A DNA stretch of 60,521 nucleotides. Origin: an uncultured virus (IMG/VR IMGVR_UViG_3300036852_000709) (lineage: Duplodnaviria > Heunggongvirae > Uroviricota > Caudoviricetes). Both the position numbers and the translations under genes were made by a program. Location: IMG/VR virus record IMGVR_UViG_3300036852_000709. The stretch is one strand, 5' to 3'. Positions 1 through 10,419 of this stretch are shown piece by piece. Numbering within the stretch: position 1 is the first letter of the stretch; the number at the start of each line of letters is the position of its first letter. A model generated the notes under the pieces. That model was not told the origin of the DNA. It ran no database searches and saw only the letters and a program-made list of their open reading frames with translations.

Positions 1-43
1 AAGACATGGTCCTACTTATTTTCGTCGCGCCTGCTTGCCACAG

Positions 44-72
44 TTGACTAGCGCGGTAGGCGCGTCTAGGTT
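44..72 (+). promoter_or_regulatory. sigma70-type promoter (leaderless)
   Basis: TTGACT(44-49)-N17-TAGGTT(67-72), 7 nt before ATG at 80. Confidence 0.7.
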
Positions 73-79
73 GGGTGGC

Positions 80-304
80 ATGCGGCGGGACAATCCGATG
101 AACGATGCGGTGCTCGCGTGGCGCGCGGACATCATCCGGCGCCTGGCAACCATGCTTGATGGCCGAGTCGAGATCGTGGCCGACGATGACGACGCCACCG
201 TGATCACAATCACCGACGTCGGCCCTGGCCGGTTCGCCGAGATGGCCGTGTGGGTCGATGGTGACGCCGAGGATTTAATGTACGCGGAACTCGATAGGAG
301 ATGA
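80..304 (+). CDS. hypothetical protein
   Basis: ORF; stop overlaps next ATG (ATGA). Confidence 0.6.
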   Translation: MRRDNPMNDAVLAWRADIIRRLATMLDGRVEIVADDDDATVITITDVGPGRFAEMAVWVDGDAEDLMYAELDRR

Positions 305-1125
305 CCATGAGCGAAGAGAAAAGAGATCCGAAGGTGCTGCGTGTTGGCGCAGAAAAACGTGGGAATGCGTTTACCTTCGACCCTGCGAAATTGATCCTGC
401 GCTCCGAGCCTGGGCACGACGACTACGATCCACGCTCCGCGATCGACGAGTCGGATCCGCGATTTCAGCGGCTGCTGAAACAGATTCGTCGCGTCGGCTA
501 CGTGATCGAAAACATCGTCGTACGCCCGATTCCTGGCGACACGATCTGCGCCAAGGTGATTGAGGGGCAGCAGCGGGTGCGATGCCTGCGGATTATCAAC
601 GACGAGTTGATCGCGAAGGGGATGAAGCCGATCCTGATTGTGGGAACTCCTGAGCGCGTTGAGAGCGAGGGCGCAAGCGCTGAGATGGGCGTCATGCTCA
701 ACAACACCCGTGTTGTGAGCACGTGGGCCGAAAACGCCGCGCAGGTGCGCCTGTTCCAAAAGCAGGGTCGTTCGACCGAGGAGATCGCCGAGATGTTCGG
801 CCAAACGCCGAATACGATCCGAGTCTGGCTCCGAAAGGCGGATGCAGCCGAGGCTGTGGCGGCAGGGGCGAAGCCCGTCGAGCCCAAGAAGTACGAGAAG
901 CGTCTTCCCCCCCGCCGCGACGCCATCCGCCTGCAAACGGCGATGGCCGAGCAAGGGGTCAATGGCGAAGCGCGCGCGCTAATGAACTACCTCCTGACGG
1001 GCGAGATCGATGCCCTCGCGTCGTGTCCAAACCTCGAGGCGGCGGCGAGGCAGGCAACAGGAGATGCATCCGGCGCCGAGGGCGGCATTGGCGCGAACGG
1101 CGCAGTGGAGTCGGCTGCGTCATGA
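301..1125 (+). CDS. ParB/Srx-like N-terminal domain protein with HTH
   Basis: IENIVVRP...VIEGQQRVRCL ParB-like motif; EEIAEMFGQTPNTIRVWL HTH. Confidence 0.75.
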   Translation: MTMSEEKRDPKVLRVGAEKRGNAFTFDPAKLILRSEPGHDDYDPRSAIDESDPRFQRLLKQIRRVGYVIENIVVRPIPGDTICAKVIEGQQRVRCLRIINDELIAKGMKPILIVGTPERVESEGASAEMGVMLNNTRVVSTWAENAAQVRLFQKQGRSTEEIAEMFGQTPNTIRVWLRKADAAEAVAAGAKPVEPKKYEKRLPPRRDAIRLQTAMAEQGVNGEARALMNYLLTGEIDALASCPNLEAAARQATGDASGAEGGIGANGAVESAAS

Positions 1126-3881
1126 GTACGAGCGGCGCGGCAACGCTCGGCTCCATCCGGCGGGTGCTGCGGGTTGGCGGCATCCCTTGCACGGGCGACC
1201 CGCGGCAGTGCGGTGTGATGGTCGTCGAAAGCGGATTGCGCGCAACGGTGGAACCGATCGTTTCGGTGGAAGATCCGATGGGCGAGATGAAGCCTGAGGA
1301 CGTCGCCGCGATGCTCGCGTGGGCAACTGTGGTGCTTAGGCGTGCGGGGTATAAGGCACACAACCACGGTTGGAAGATCACAGTTATGGAGCGGCGCACG
1401 ATCGCCGCGTGAGGAACGATGGACATCAACCAATGGTATTGGACCAAGCGACGTGAGGACGAAAAGCGTCCGCACAACAACCGCAAGCCCACGCGGAAAG
1501 AACTCGCAGCAAAACTGGCGTCCACGTGGATCGTGGTTCCGCCGCCGATGCGCGGGCATCGATCGAGGCACAACAAAGTGACCATCGCATCGATGCGGAG
1601 AAGGGCATGAAAGCGCGGCGAGTGTCGGACATCCTAGCCGACCTGACAGGCGAGCAGGTTGACCGCGTGACCAGCGGGCTCGAGGCGTTCGTTCGATTCG
1701 CCGCGCGAGGATCAGCGCCTGTGCCTCGGCTCAAACCGGAGGAGTGGGATATCGTCGAGCGGTTGGTTGATGCCCCCGATGACATGACCTGTGACGACGT
1801 GCTGCACTCGCTCGCGATGCGAGGCTCGCGGGAGATGAGGGCGTGAAACAGGCAAAGGACGTGGCCGCCGAAATGCTCGACGCCGAGCACGTGTACGACA
1901 AGCATGGCGATGGATGGCGCGTTCACATCAGCGATGATGTCGATTACATCGGGCTCGAGGTCCAACTAAGCGAGTGCCTCGGTGAGCAGATACGAGGCGA
2001 CGCGGTTGGCATCCTTACTAGACTCATCGAGCAATCGCGACGGGAGGGCGCGTTGGCGATGCGCGACGAGTGCGCCAGAGTCGGGTACGAAGTCGCCGCA
2101 CGGCATCCGGCCAAGTGGAATGAGTCCGCGCCAGAGGCAAGGCCTTTGTGTTCTGCGATCGCCGAAGAGCTGCGCGCGATCGATTTGGAGTCCGTATGCT
2201 CGACCTCCGAATGATGTTGCTCGCGGCGCGCCTTGGATTGTCAGCGAGTGACCTGGCCGCGCACATTGATTTAGCGCTCCTGGACACGCCCGTCGCGCCG
2301 ATGGGCGCTCTTATGGGGACCGTTGATGCTGCTCGTGCGCACATCATCGCGCGTGGGCTTGACGCCGCGGAGGGATTCACGAGGTTGCCCGCGGTGATGG
2401 ATGTGAGGCGGGGTTGATTTTCGGTCCCGATTCCGACGATTGCGACCCTGCATACGAACGTGACGACGGGTGGGTGTACCGCGTGGCCGAGATTGAATGG
2501 TGCCGTAGAATACGCCGAATGAATGAGCGGAGCCACGCGGATAGCAGCGACGTGGACATTGCGTCACAGCGCGAAATGGTTAGGTTAGTGCCGTGAGCGG
2601 AGGACCCTACCGAACAATGGCGACCATTAAAGTGTATCTCACGGCCGACGAAGTGCGTCAGGCATGCGCGCAGTTCGTTAATGAAAACGGGCACATAAAC
2701 GGCGATGTGTCATCCAGCGACGTGGAGCTGCTTCGCCTGTCAGACGAGCCAAGCGACGATAATGCCGCTGTTGTCACGTGGACTCCGTGTTGACCACCGC
2801 CGAAAAGCTCGCTGTGTTGGCCGCAGAGGCTCGAACTAAGGGGCTTGAGTCGGTCACGCGTTCGATCGAGATGTTGGCCCTGCACGCCACCGTTCACGGA
2901 ATCTTGCCACCGACGCTCTCCGTCCTCGCCGAGCACGAAAAGCGTTGCCTGGACGAGGCTGACATATGGCGACGGGCGGGCGAGATTGTGAGCGGACAAT
3001 GAGGCGTGACGACTGGACAGTCGGCGATGAAGGCATCCGGACTGCTGGGAAGCCTGACGAATGCTTCTACTGCCACGCCAAGCGCGGCGCGCAGCACAGC
3101 GCCGACTGCGTGATTCGGTCACGGACTGTGGTTGTAAGCATGGAACTTGAGTACGTGATCCACGTGCCCGAGCACTGGACGCCTGACAGCATCGAGTCTC
3201 ATCGCGAGAATAGTTCGTGGTGCGCGAATAATGCCCTCACGGAACTCGCGGCGCTCGCGGAGCACACAAGCCGCGACGGCTCGCCTTGCCTCTGCAACAG
3301 GGCCACGTTTCGCTACGTTGGTGAAGCGACGGCAGATGACGAAAACGAGTGCGGCGTGCGCGCAGAGGATCTGCCATCATGAAATTCGACGGATCGACCG
3401 GAAGGAGACCCGGCGCGGAGGCGCGCAGATACGTCTACAACATCCTTGCGACCATGATCGATAACGATCTTGGCGACAACGGCGGCTGGCTATTCGGCGG
3501 CATGGAGGACGAGTTCGATCGTCGTCGCGTCCGGAAGGCCGCGAAACTGGTGATGGCCGAGATGTCTCGAAAGGGAAAGGCGTGACGATGGACATCACGG
3601 AAGCAAAACGGCTGTTCGAACTATGGCTGACGAAGGCTGGACCAACGACGGTCGTGCTCGTGGTTGGCGACGAGACGATCACCAAACGCGAAGCGCAGCT
3701 AGCGGCGTTGCTTCTGAATGCCATCGCAGACCGCGACGGATGGGTGACTGCTGGACAACGATTGGCAGGTGAGTTGGACGACGCGAGGAAGGAGGCAGAG
3801 TCGCTGCGTGCCGAGAACGCTGCGCTTCGCGGAGATCGCCTTCGGTATCACGCCGAGCGCTTCGCTCGAGCGACTGACTGA
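1122..3881 (+). other. cluster of 11 small translationally coupled hypothetical phage genes
   Basis: 1122-1412, 1419-1610, 1607-1846, 1843-2214, 2211-2417, 2414-2596, 2593-2793, 2778-3002, 2999-3382, 3379-3585, 3582-3881; mostly 4-nt start/stop overlaps. Confidence 0.7.
2559..2586 (+). promoter_or_regulatory. internal promoter, TGGT-TANNNT class
   Basis: TTGCGT-N16-TAGGTT preceded by TGGT; GTG of 2593 ORF 6 nt downstream. Confidence 0.55.
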
Positions 3882-4801
3882 TGGGGCTCACGGCAGCGCA
3901 ACTAGAGATTCGGCGAACGGGCATTACGTCCACGGACGTCGCCAAGATCGTCGGCGTGCACCCGTGGGGCTCGAGGCACACGGTCTACCTCGACAAACTT
4001 GGGCTGTCGCAGCCGACCGCGGAGACGTTGCCACAGCGGATCGGCAACACCGTCGAGCGGCTCATCGTGGAGCTGTACGAGAGCGAAACGGGCAACGTTG
4101 CCAGGTCCGCTGGTACGCAGTGTCATCCAACCGAGGACTGGATGCTCGGCACGCCTGACCGGCTTCTAACGGGGGATGTAGGCCTCCTCGAGATTAAGTG
4201 GGTTGGCTGGCGACTGGCGCACCGATTCGCCGAGCGCGCAGACGACTCGCGGGCCTGCGCGATGTGCGGAAAGCTCGCGGGATCTCATTGGGGACATGAC
4301 ACGGATGCCGTGCCTGATTACGTGCGCGTCCAATGCGAGTGGCTGATGATGGTAACGGGGACGACGGCCTGCCACGTGGCCGCGTTGCTCGGGGGAGAGG
4401 ACTTTCGCATCTATCACATCGAACGGAGCGACGTGCTTGGCGAGCGGCTTGTTGAGGTGTGCGGCGAGTTCTGGCGTGGCAACGTACTCGCTCGCGAGGC
4501 CCCGTCGTTGGATGGCAGTGCGCACGCCGCGGCAATGTCGGCCATGCTTCACACTGAGGAGCGCCAGCCACTCAAGGCAGCGCCGCCAGAGGCTCGCCGA
4601 TGGGTGCATCGGCTCGAGCGGGCAAAACGCGTCGAACAGGCGATAGAGCGCGACCGTAGGCTTGCGGAAAGCCATCTTCGCGCAATCATCGGGGACTCGG
4701 CTGGCATCGTGGGGGACTTCGGCAAGGTCACGTGCAAGCGGCGCAAAGGCGCGAACATCAGAACGTTGCGGCTATGGCCGCGGAGAAAAGAGAATGGCTG
4801 A
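3881..4801 (+). CDS. YqaJ-like viral recombinase exonuclease
   Basis: GITSTDVAKIVG, GNTVE, GTPDR, LLEIKW motifs; adjacent to RecT. Confidence 0.9.
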   Translation: MGLTAAQLEIRRTGITSTDVAKIVGVHPWGSRHTVYLDKLGLSQPTAETLPQRIGNTVERLIVELYESETGNVARSAGTQCHPTEDWMLGTPDRLLTGDVGLLEIKWVGWRLAHRFAERADDSRACAMCGKLAGSHWGHDTDAVPDYVRVQCEWLMMVTGTTACHVAALLGGEDFRIYHIERSDVLGERLVEVCGEFWRGNVLAREAPSLDGSAHAAAMSAMLHTEERQPLKAAPPEARRWVHRLERAKRVEQAIERDRRLAESHLRAIIGDSAGIVGDFGKVTCKRRKGANIRTLRLWPRRKENG

Positions 4802-5654
4802 GCAGACAACACCGAACGGCAACGGACAGCAATCAAAGGCGATGGTTGTGGGACCGCAGGCGCGGCTGAACACATTGCGTGGCCTATTCGATAAAAGCAA
4901 GGCGTCGATCGCGGCGGTGTTGCCGAAGCACCTCACGCCGGAGAGGCTCATCAAGATCGCGACAAGCGCTGCAAGCCGCAATCCAGATCTGCTCGACTGC
5001 ACGCCGGAATCCGTGCTCCTCGCTGTCGTGCAGGCGGGCACACTCGGACTCGAGCCAAACACGCCGCTCCGTCACTGCCACCTCGTGCCGTTCAACAACA
5101 CGCGGACGAGCAAAAAAGAAGCGCAGTTGATCATCGGATACGCCGGGCTGTGTCAGCTCGCGTACCAGAGCGGTGAGGTGCTCTCCATCTTCGGCGACGT
5201 GATCCACGCCAACGACCTGTGGGACGTGGAGAAGGGTACGAACAAGCGCTTGTTCCACAAGCCGTGCGTGGACGGCAAAGATCCTGGCGCGCCGATCGCA
5301 TATTATGCCGTGGTGGAGTTCAAGCACGGCGGCAAGGATTTCGTGTTCATGACCGCGGCCGAGGTGAACGCCATCCGCGCGAGTTCGCAAGGGCGTGATG
5401 GGGACGGGTGGGTGAAACATCCAGAGGAGATGGGGAAGAAGACGGCGATTCGACGCCTGTCAAAAACAATGCCTATGTCGCCAGACAAGAGCATGAACTT
5501 CGCGCGTGGGGTGGCCATCGATGGCCGAGCTGCGAAAGGGGAGGCGCCTGACTACGAGGACGTGATCAACGTTCTAGGCGAGCCTGTCGTCGCTTCTGAG
5601 GAGCCCAAGGATCGCGGGGAGGCGCTGGCTGCGTCAATTGGCGGCAAGCCGTGA
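4794..5654 (+). CDS. recT: RecT family single-strand annealing protein
   Basis: LPKHLTPERL, LGLEPN, AQLIIGYAGL, EMGKKTAIRRL. Confidence 0.92.
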   Translation: MAEQTTPNGNGQQSKAMVVGPQARLNTLRGLFDKSKASIAAVLPKHLTPERLIKIATSAASRNPDLLDCTPESVLLAVVQAGTLGLEPNTPLRHCHLVPFNNTRTSKKEAQLIIGYAGLCQLAYQSGEVLSIFGDVIHANDLWDVEKGTNKRLFHKPCVDGKDPGAPIAYYAVVEFKHGGKDFVFMTAAEVNAIRASSQGRDGDGWVKHPEEMGKKTAIRRLSKTMPMSPDKSMNFARGVAIDGRAAKGEAPDYEDVINVLGEPVVASEEPKDRGEALAASIGGKP

Positions 5655-6190
5655 CTCCAGAGGAATGCAATGGGCTTGTGCTCAAGGAGCTGATGGCCAT
5701 CCGTCAGAACACCGAGGCCATCCTAGGGATGTTGCGAGCGTCTGGCGTGTCCGGATCGCCAACGGCAAACGGGCGGACCGAAAGCGGAGGAGCGATCGCT
5801 GACGCACGCGACCTCGACGGGCAGTACGGCAACCCAACAATCAAGTTCGATCCAAAGCCGAAGTATTGGACCGGTCCGTCATTCGTTGGATACAGGTACT
5901 CTGAATGCAGCGCGGAGTACCTCGATGCAGTGGCCAAGTACCTTGATGCCTGCGCGTACATGAAACGCAAGGACGGCGGGCCTGACGCGGCAAAGCAAGC
6001 TGGCTACAAGGAAAAGGACGCGGCGCGAGCAAGGGGATGGGCGGCGCGGGCTAGGACGAGTCAGCCGCAGTCGAAATCGATTGCAGAATCAAACGGCGGC
6101 GATTGGCCGGCACAGGTCGAGCGCAACGACGGCCAAGCGCCTCCTGACGCGTACGGCGGCGACGCGAACGAGCAAGATATTCCGTTCTGA
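5651..6190 (+). CDS. putative SSB-like protein with acidic DIPF tail
   Basis: C-terminus EQDIPF; follows recT. Confidence 0.55.
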   Translation: MTPEECNGLVLKELMAIRQNTEAILGMLRASGVSGSPTANGRTESGGAIADARDLDGQYGNPTIKFDPKPKYWTGPSFVGYRYSECSAEYLDAVAKYLDACAYMKRKDGGPDAAKQAGYKEKDAARARGWAARARTSQPQSKSIAESNGGDWPAQVERNDGQAPPDAYGGDANEQDIPF

Positions 6191-6197
6191 GCAATTT

Positions 6198-6968
6198 ATG
6201 AACTGCCTCGTCCTCGATCTCGAAGCGGTCACTGACAGTCTGCTCCCGCCGTTCGAACCTCGGAACGGAGCCACAGACCAATTTGCACCTCCGCCGTACT
6301 GGCAGATCGTGTGCGTCGGCGTGGCGCTGGTCGAGGCAGACGGCGCGCTTGCGAAGTGGGCTATCATCGAAGATGGCGCAACGGACGAGCCGACGATCCT
6401 GCGGTCAACGGTGAGCGCCATCACTGGTCGATGCGCGCGCGGAGGATGCGCGATCACGGGTTGGAATACGCGGGGGTACGACATGCCCGTGATCGCTGCG
6501 CGTTGTCTCCGTCACGGCATTCCGTTCCATTGGTACTACGGCGACAATAACGCCAGGCGTCGCCATAAGCACAATGACCACCTCGATCTGAAGGATTACC
6601 TCTCGGACTACGGCGGGGCTTGGTCATACGGGCTTAACATCGCAGCGAAGATGATCGGCATGCCTGGAAAGATGGAGACGAGCGGCAACGACGTCGCCGG
6701 TCTTTTCGATGCGGGCAAACTCGACGTGGTTCGCGCCTACTGCCTGACGGACGTCATCCAAACGGTGGCGGTCTTGCAGCGCGTGTTGTATATCCGCGGC
6801 ACGATCAGCCATGACCAATACGCTTGCGCCGCGCACTCGACACTCGACGTAATCCGTCGAGATGAGCGCCTCGCGCACATGCTCCCGCTCATCGACGTCG
6901 ACCGGTTCACGCTCGGCGTCGCGGAGCCACCAGATCTGACATCGCGCGATCCGGTTCAAGCCGCATGA
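6198..6968 (+). CDS. PolB-related 3'-5' exonuclease (DEDD)
   Basis: VLDLE, GWNTRGYDMP, HLDL, YCLTDV motifs. Confidence 0.85.
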   Translation: MNCLVLDLEAVTDSLLPPFEPRNGATDQFAPPPYWQIVCVGVALVEADGALAKWAIIEDGATDEPTILRSTVSAITGRCARGGCAITGWNTRGYDMPVIAARCLRHGIPFHWYYGDNNARRRHKHNDHLDLKDYLSDYGGAWSYGLNIAAKMIGMPGKMETSGNDVAGLFDAGKLDVVRAYCLTDVIQTVAVLQRVLYIRGTISHDQYACAAHSTLDVIRRDERLAHMLPLIDVDRFTLGVAEPPDLTSRDPVQAA

Positions 6969-7177
6969 CCGCCGAGTCGAGGATCATGATGTTGCTCCTC
7001 GACGGGCCAAAGACGTGTGCACAGATCGCGCGTCGTCTCCACCGAACCACGCCCAGCGTGTCTATCGCTCTTTCCAACCTACGCCACGCTGGCAAGGTCG
7101 CCCAATTCGACGGGCTTCGCTGGCGTCGGACCGACTCTGACCTAGGACCTCTTTTCTCCGATGTTAAACCGAAGTGA
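6965..7177 (+). CDS. winged HTH protein
   Basis: GPKTCAQIARRLHRTTPSVSIALSNLRHAGKV. Confidence 0.7.
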   Translation: MTAESRIMMLLLDGPKTCAQIARRLHRTTPSVSIALSNLRHAGKVAQFDGLRWRRTDSDLGPLFSDVKPK

Positions 7178-7868
7178 CGAAGGCGCGCTCATAGCGCGAG
7201 CGCAGGCAGGCGATCGTGCCGCGATGAATGAAGCGATCCGGGCCAACATTGGCCTCGTGAAGACGATCGCAAAGCGCTACTGTTTTGCTGGCGACGAAGC
7301 CGACGACTACGTGTCCGCGGGGCTTGAGGCGGTGTGGCGTGGCATCCAAGCGTACGATCCGCATCGTGGGGCAAAACTCAGCTCCTACGCCGGTCGCAAG
7401 ATTCGCGCAGCGATGCAAGACGTCGGCGAAGACCGCGGTATTGTGTGGGTTCCGAGCGACGTGCAGCAAAAGATGCGCGGATGGAATCCTCGCGACTACC
7501 ACGGGCGCACGCTGGCCGACGGAATTGCCGCGTCGGGCGGGTCTGTTCCAATCCACAGCGACAAATACAAGCACGGCGACGGGTACCGCACGGACTTACC
7601 CCCTGCAGAGGCTCCAGACGTCGAGTGGCACGACCTCGCGATGAAGCGGTGGTTCGCCGTCATGGGAGCGAAAGCGACGCTCGACGCGCGAGAGCAGGAT
7701 GTTCTATGGAGGCGGTATTCCTCCGACCCATCAGAGACGCTCGCCGAAGTTGCCGACCGATACGGTCTGACACGCGAGCGCGTCCGCCAGATCGAGGCAC
7801 GCGCGCTTCGAAAGATCCGTGCCGCTATCCGTCAGAACGAAGCGCACGCAATCGATCTATGGGGGTGA
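7161..7868 (+). CDS. sigma-70 family RNA polymerase sigma factor
   Basis: region 2 ANIGLVKTIAKRY...YDPHRGAKLSSYA; region 4 TLAEVADRYGLTRERVRQIE. Confidence 0.92.
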   Translation: MLNRSDEGALIARAQAGDRAAMNEAIRANIGLVKTIAKRYCFAGDEADDYVSAGLEAVWRGIQAYDPHRGAKLSSYAGRKIRAAMQDVGEDRGIVWVPSDVQQKMRGWNPRDYHGRTLADGIAASGGSVPIHSDKYKHGDGYRTDLPPAEAPDVEWHDLAMKRWFAVMGAKATLDAREQDVLWRRYSSDPSETLAEVADRYGLTRERVRQIEARALRKIRAAIRQNEAHAIDLWG

Positions 7869-7893
7869 CGCGGCGCTCACAGATGGCTATAAT
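7865..7893 (+). promoter_or_regulatory. sigma70 promoter for the radical SAM operon
   Basis: GTGACG-N17-TATAAT, then AGGAG RBS and ATG 7913. Confidence 0.7.
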
Positions 7894-7912
7894 TGCACCA
7901 GGAGAACAACCA

Positions 7913-8920
7913 ATGGTTTGGCAGAATGTGGAGATCGTACGAAGCACCAACGAAAACGTCGCGAAGTACGTGTTCACCAACACGGACGCCGTTGCCGAGG
8001 CGGTGCTCTATCGGTATCCGAGTTACGCGGATCGCACTGTTATTTGCTGCTCGACGCAAAGCGGCTGTCCTGTTGGTTGCCGATTTTGTGGCGCTGGCGA
8101 TGCCTTCATGCGGTCGTTGACGGCCGATGAGATCGTCGCTCAGCCGACGAGACTTATAGCCGACACTGGCATCGAGTCAGCGGCGATGAGGCGCCTGCAA
8201 ATCATGTTTATGTCAATGGGCGAGCCACTGCTCAACATGCGGGCGCTCGTACCGGCGCTACGCCGTCTACATTCGGCCCATCCAAACGCCGCGCTGTTGA
8301 TCTCGACATCGGCGCCGCGGATCGACTGGGGCCACGTTAACGACATCTCCAAGGAGATACAGACCATCGGCCTGCAATTCTCCATTCACGAGTCCACGGA
8401 CGAAGCGCGCGACAGGCTCATTCCGTTCAAGGCCAAGGAGACGCTGGCGGAGATCGCGCTCGCGGGCGAGGAGTGGGCGTTGGCGACTGGACGGCAACCG
8501 TTCTTCAATTACTGCGTCCACGAGCGCAACAATACCGTGGAGGACGCCGAGCGGCTTGCCGCGCTGTTCTCGCCTGACCTATGGCAAGCCACGATATCGG
8601 TGATCTGCGAGCGAGACGAGCACGTCGCTGCCGCGAATGAAAGACAACGCTCCTTGGCCAGCGACTTCCGCGATCTGCTCGCAGAGCGCGGCTACTCGAC
8701 GCGCGTGTTCGATCCAGCGGGACAGGACGACATCGGCGGTGGCTGCGGACAGCTTTGGTACGTCCAGAATTGGATGCAACGCAATGCGCACCGCGCGCGG
8801 GGCAGCGTGGGCGCAGGCCGACCGGCAGTACACGCGCCGCGAACGTTGGCGGTCGTGCCATGGGTCGTGGCCCCATTTGAAATCAGTGGCCCGAATCGAC
8901 TATCGAGTTGGCGCGCCTAA
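7913..8920 (+). CDS. RlmN/Cfr-like radical SAM methyltransferase; last 19 aa derive from IS end
   Basis: CCSTQSGCPVGCRFC, MSMGEP, DIGGGCGQL motifs. Confidence 0.85.
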   Translation: MVWQNVEIVRSTNENVAKYVFTNTDAVAEAVLYRYPSYADRTVICCSTQSGCPVGCRFCGAGDAFMRSLTADEIVAQPTRLIADTGIESAAMRRLQIMFMSMGEPLLNMRALVPALRRLHSAHPNAALLISTSAPRIDWGHVNDISKEIQTIGLQFSIHESTDEARDRLIPFKAKETLAEIALAGEEWALATGRQPFFNYCVHERNNTVEDAERLAALFSPDLWQATISVICERDEHVAAANERQRSLASDFRDLLAERGYSTRVFDPAGQDDIGGGCGQLWYVQNWMQRNAHRARGSVGAGRPAVHAPRTLAVVPWVVAPFEISGPNRLSSWRA

Positions 8921-9074
8921 TTTTCTTTTGGTGTGGGAGAGCACCCTCATAAGAGTTGGTATCGGTCGGCGCGGTGGCCCATGCTCGGGGCGTTGTAACA
9001 GGCGAGCCCGCCGAGGTGGCTAGACCGCGACGGGCTCTAAACCGAGTCACCTGGTTGCACAGGAGCCCGATCTA

Positions 9075-9536
9075 ATGAGCAACGTACACAAGCCCGCCGA
9101 CGCGGGCAAAGACACCGATCCTTCCATCACCACGCATGACGATGACGTCCTCGACTTCCTCGAGGACTTCAAGCTCTACCTCGAAGAGAACCTCCCTAAG
9201 GTGCGCGCGGCGTGCGCCCGCTTTGATGCGAGGATCAAGGCTGAGCGCGAGGCAACGGACGAGGACGACGCGCCCGACACGGACGAAGAGCCCCACGTCC
9301 CCGGCCTCGCGCTCCTGAGCGACGGTCGCGCCGCGCTGTCCCTCGTGAATCTCGACGGCGCGGATCTCACGGGTCGCACGCTGTGGACCGGCATCATCCT
9401 CACCGAAGCGGAGACCAGCGACGCGCTTGAATTCATCACGGACGCCGCGGACGAGGCAGCGGGGCGCGTCGCGCATCGCATCCTTTTTGGCGCGAGGAAG
9501 GACGAGGACGAGGGCGGCGAAGGGAGCGCGCTGTGA
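9075..9536 (+). CDS. acidic hypothetical protein (IS cargo)
   Basis: AGGAG RBS; D/E-rich ORF. Confidence 0.7.
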   Translation: MSNVHKPADAGKDTDPSITTHDDDVLDFLEDFKLYLEENLPKVRAACARFDARIKAEREATDEDDAPDTDEEPHVPGLALLSDGRAALSLVNLDGADLTGRTLWTGIILTEAETSDALEFITDAADEAAGRVAHRILFGARKDEDEGGEGSAL

Positions 9537-9865
9537 GCCTCAAGCTCGAGCGCGACGAGCCTACGAAGCCGAAGCGCAGAAAAGGCGAGCGTAAGCCCGT
9601 TCTCTCGCCCGAAGAGGAGCGGCAGTTCCTTCAATCCTTGAGGAATATCCGCGACGCATTCGGTTCGTCGGGCGCCCTCTGCAAGGCGATGGACGCGGGT
9701 CCAAACGCCGTCAACTACGTGCTGAGTGGCCGTGGGCGCGTCTCTGGCGCCATGATCGTCAGGGTCATGCGCGCCAGCGGACTTACGCTCGCGGAGCTTC
9801 TTGGCGGTCCCGTTCCCGCGGATCGATGCCGCGCATGCGGGCAGATCAAGCGGAGGGCAGCATGA
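9533..9865 (+). CDS. XRE-like HTH protein with C-terminal CxxC (IS cargo)
   Basis: GSSGALCKAMDAGPNAVNYVLSG; CRACG. Confidence 0.65.
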   Translation: MSLKLERDEPTKPKRRKGERKPVLSPEEERQFLQSLRNIRDAFGSSGALCKAMDAGPNAVNYVLSGRGRVSGAMIVRVMRASGLTLAELLGGPVPADRCRACGQIKRRAA

Positions 9866-10125
9866 GCCTCCGTGAGCTGAGCTTAAAGGAAGCTGGGCGC
9901 GTGCGTCGCCGTCTGCGGGACGTGCTCAAGGCCTACCCGTCGCAGAAGGCGCTGGCCTCAAAGCTCGGCGTGTCGCAGCAAGCCGTCTCGGGTGTGCTGT
10001 CCGGTGAGCATTTCGCCGGATGGCGCTTTTGCCGCGCGCTCGCCAAGCTCACCGGCCATCCGTCCGCAGAAGCTCTCGTATCGGAGAGCTACCCGCCGCA
10101 CGAGCCCACCCGAGACGCGCTCTAA
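9862..10125 (+). CDS. XRE family HTH regulator (IS cargo)
   Basis: SQKALASKLGVSQQAVSGVLSG; ATGA overlap. Confidence 0.8.
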   Translation: MSLRELSLKEAGRVRRRLRDVLKAYPSQKALASKLGVSQQAVSGVLSGEHFAGWRFCRALAKLTGHPSAEALVSESYPPHEPTRDAL

Positions 10126-10134
10126 GCTCCCGCC

Positions 10135-10419
10135 CGCCTCCGCCGCCGCCTCCGCTGCCGCTCCCGAACTGAACTCAGGCCAGGAGCTTAGACTTCACCC
10201 GCCGAACTGGCGCGACGTTTCGGGATGCGCCGTCACACGATCGCCGCGATCCTCTCTGGGCGCATGCTATTAGGCAGGCACTTCGCGGCAGGTGTCGAGA
10301 AGCTCGCGCGTAGCAGCACTGGACATCATTCGACCAATCCGCTCCCCATCGCATCGCACTCCAAGTCAGCTTGCGCTCGCTTGGAAACACTCAAAGTTGC
10401 CTGGAGGACGACGGTGTGA
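10135..10419 (+). pseudogene. degenerate XRE HTH paralogue
   Basis: frame reads TSPAELARRFGMRRHTIAAILSG directly after an in-frame TAG; no intact start. Confidence 0.55.

Noticed and set aside
16..954. Long minus-strand ORF, and similar ones at 23717-24898, 37963-38775 and 59247-60005
   Set aside because: Shadow frames of well-supported + strand genes in GC-rich DNA
7334..7912. N-terminal extension of the radical SAM ORF (528 aa in the ORF track)
   Set aside because: Overlaps the sigma gene; promoter and RBS point to ATG 7913
8854..8862. 9-bp TSD (CGTGCCATG)
   Set aside because: Also matches, but the 8-bp reading gives GG termini at both ends, as expected for IS1
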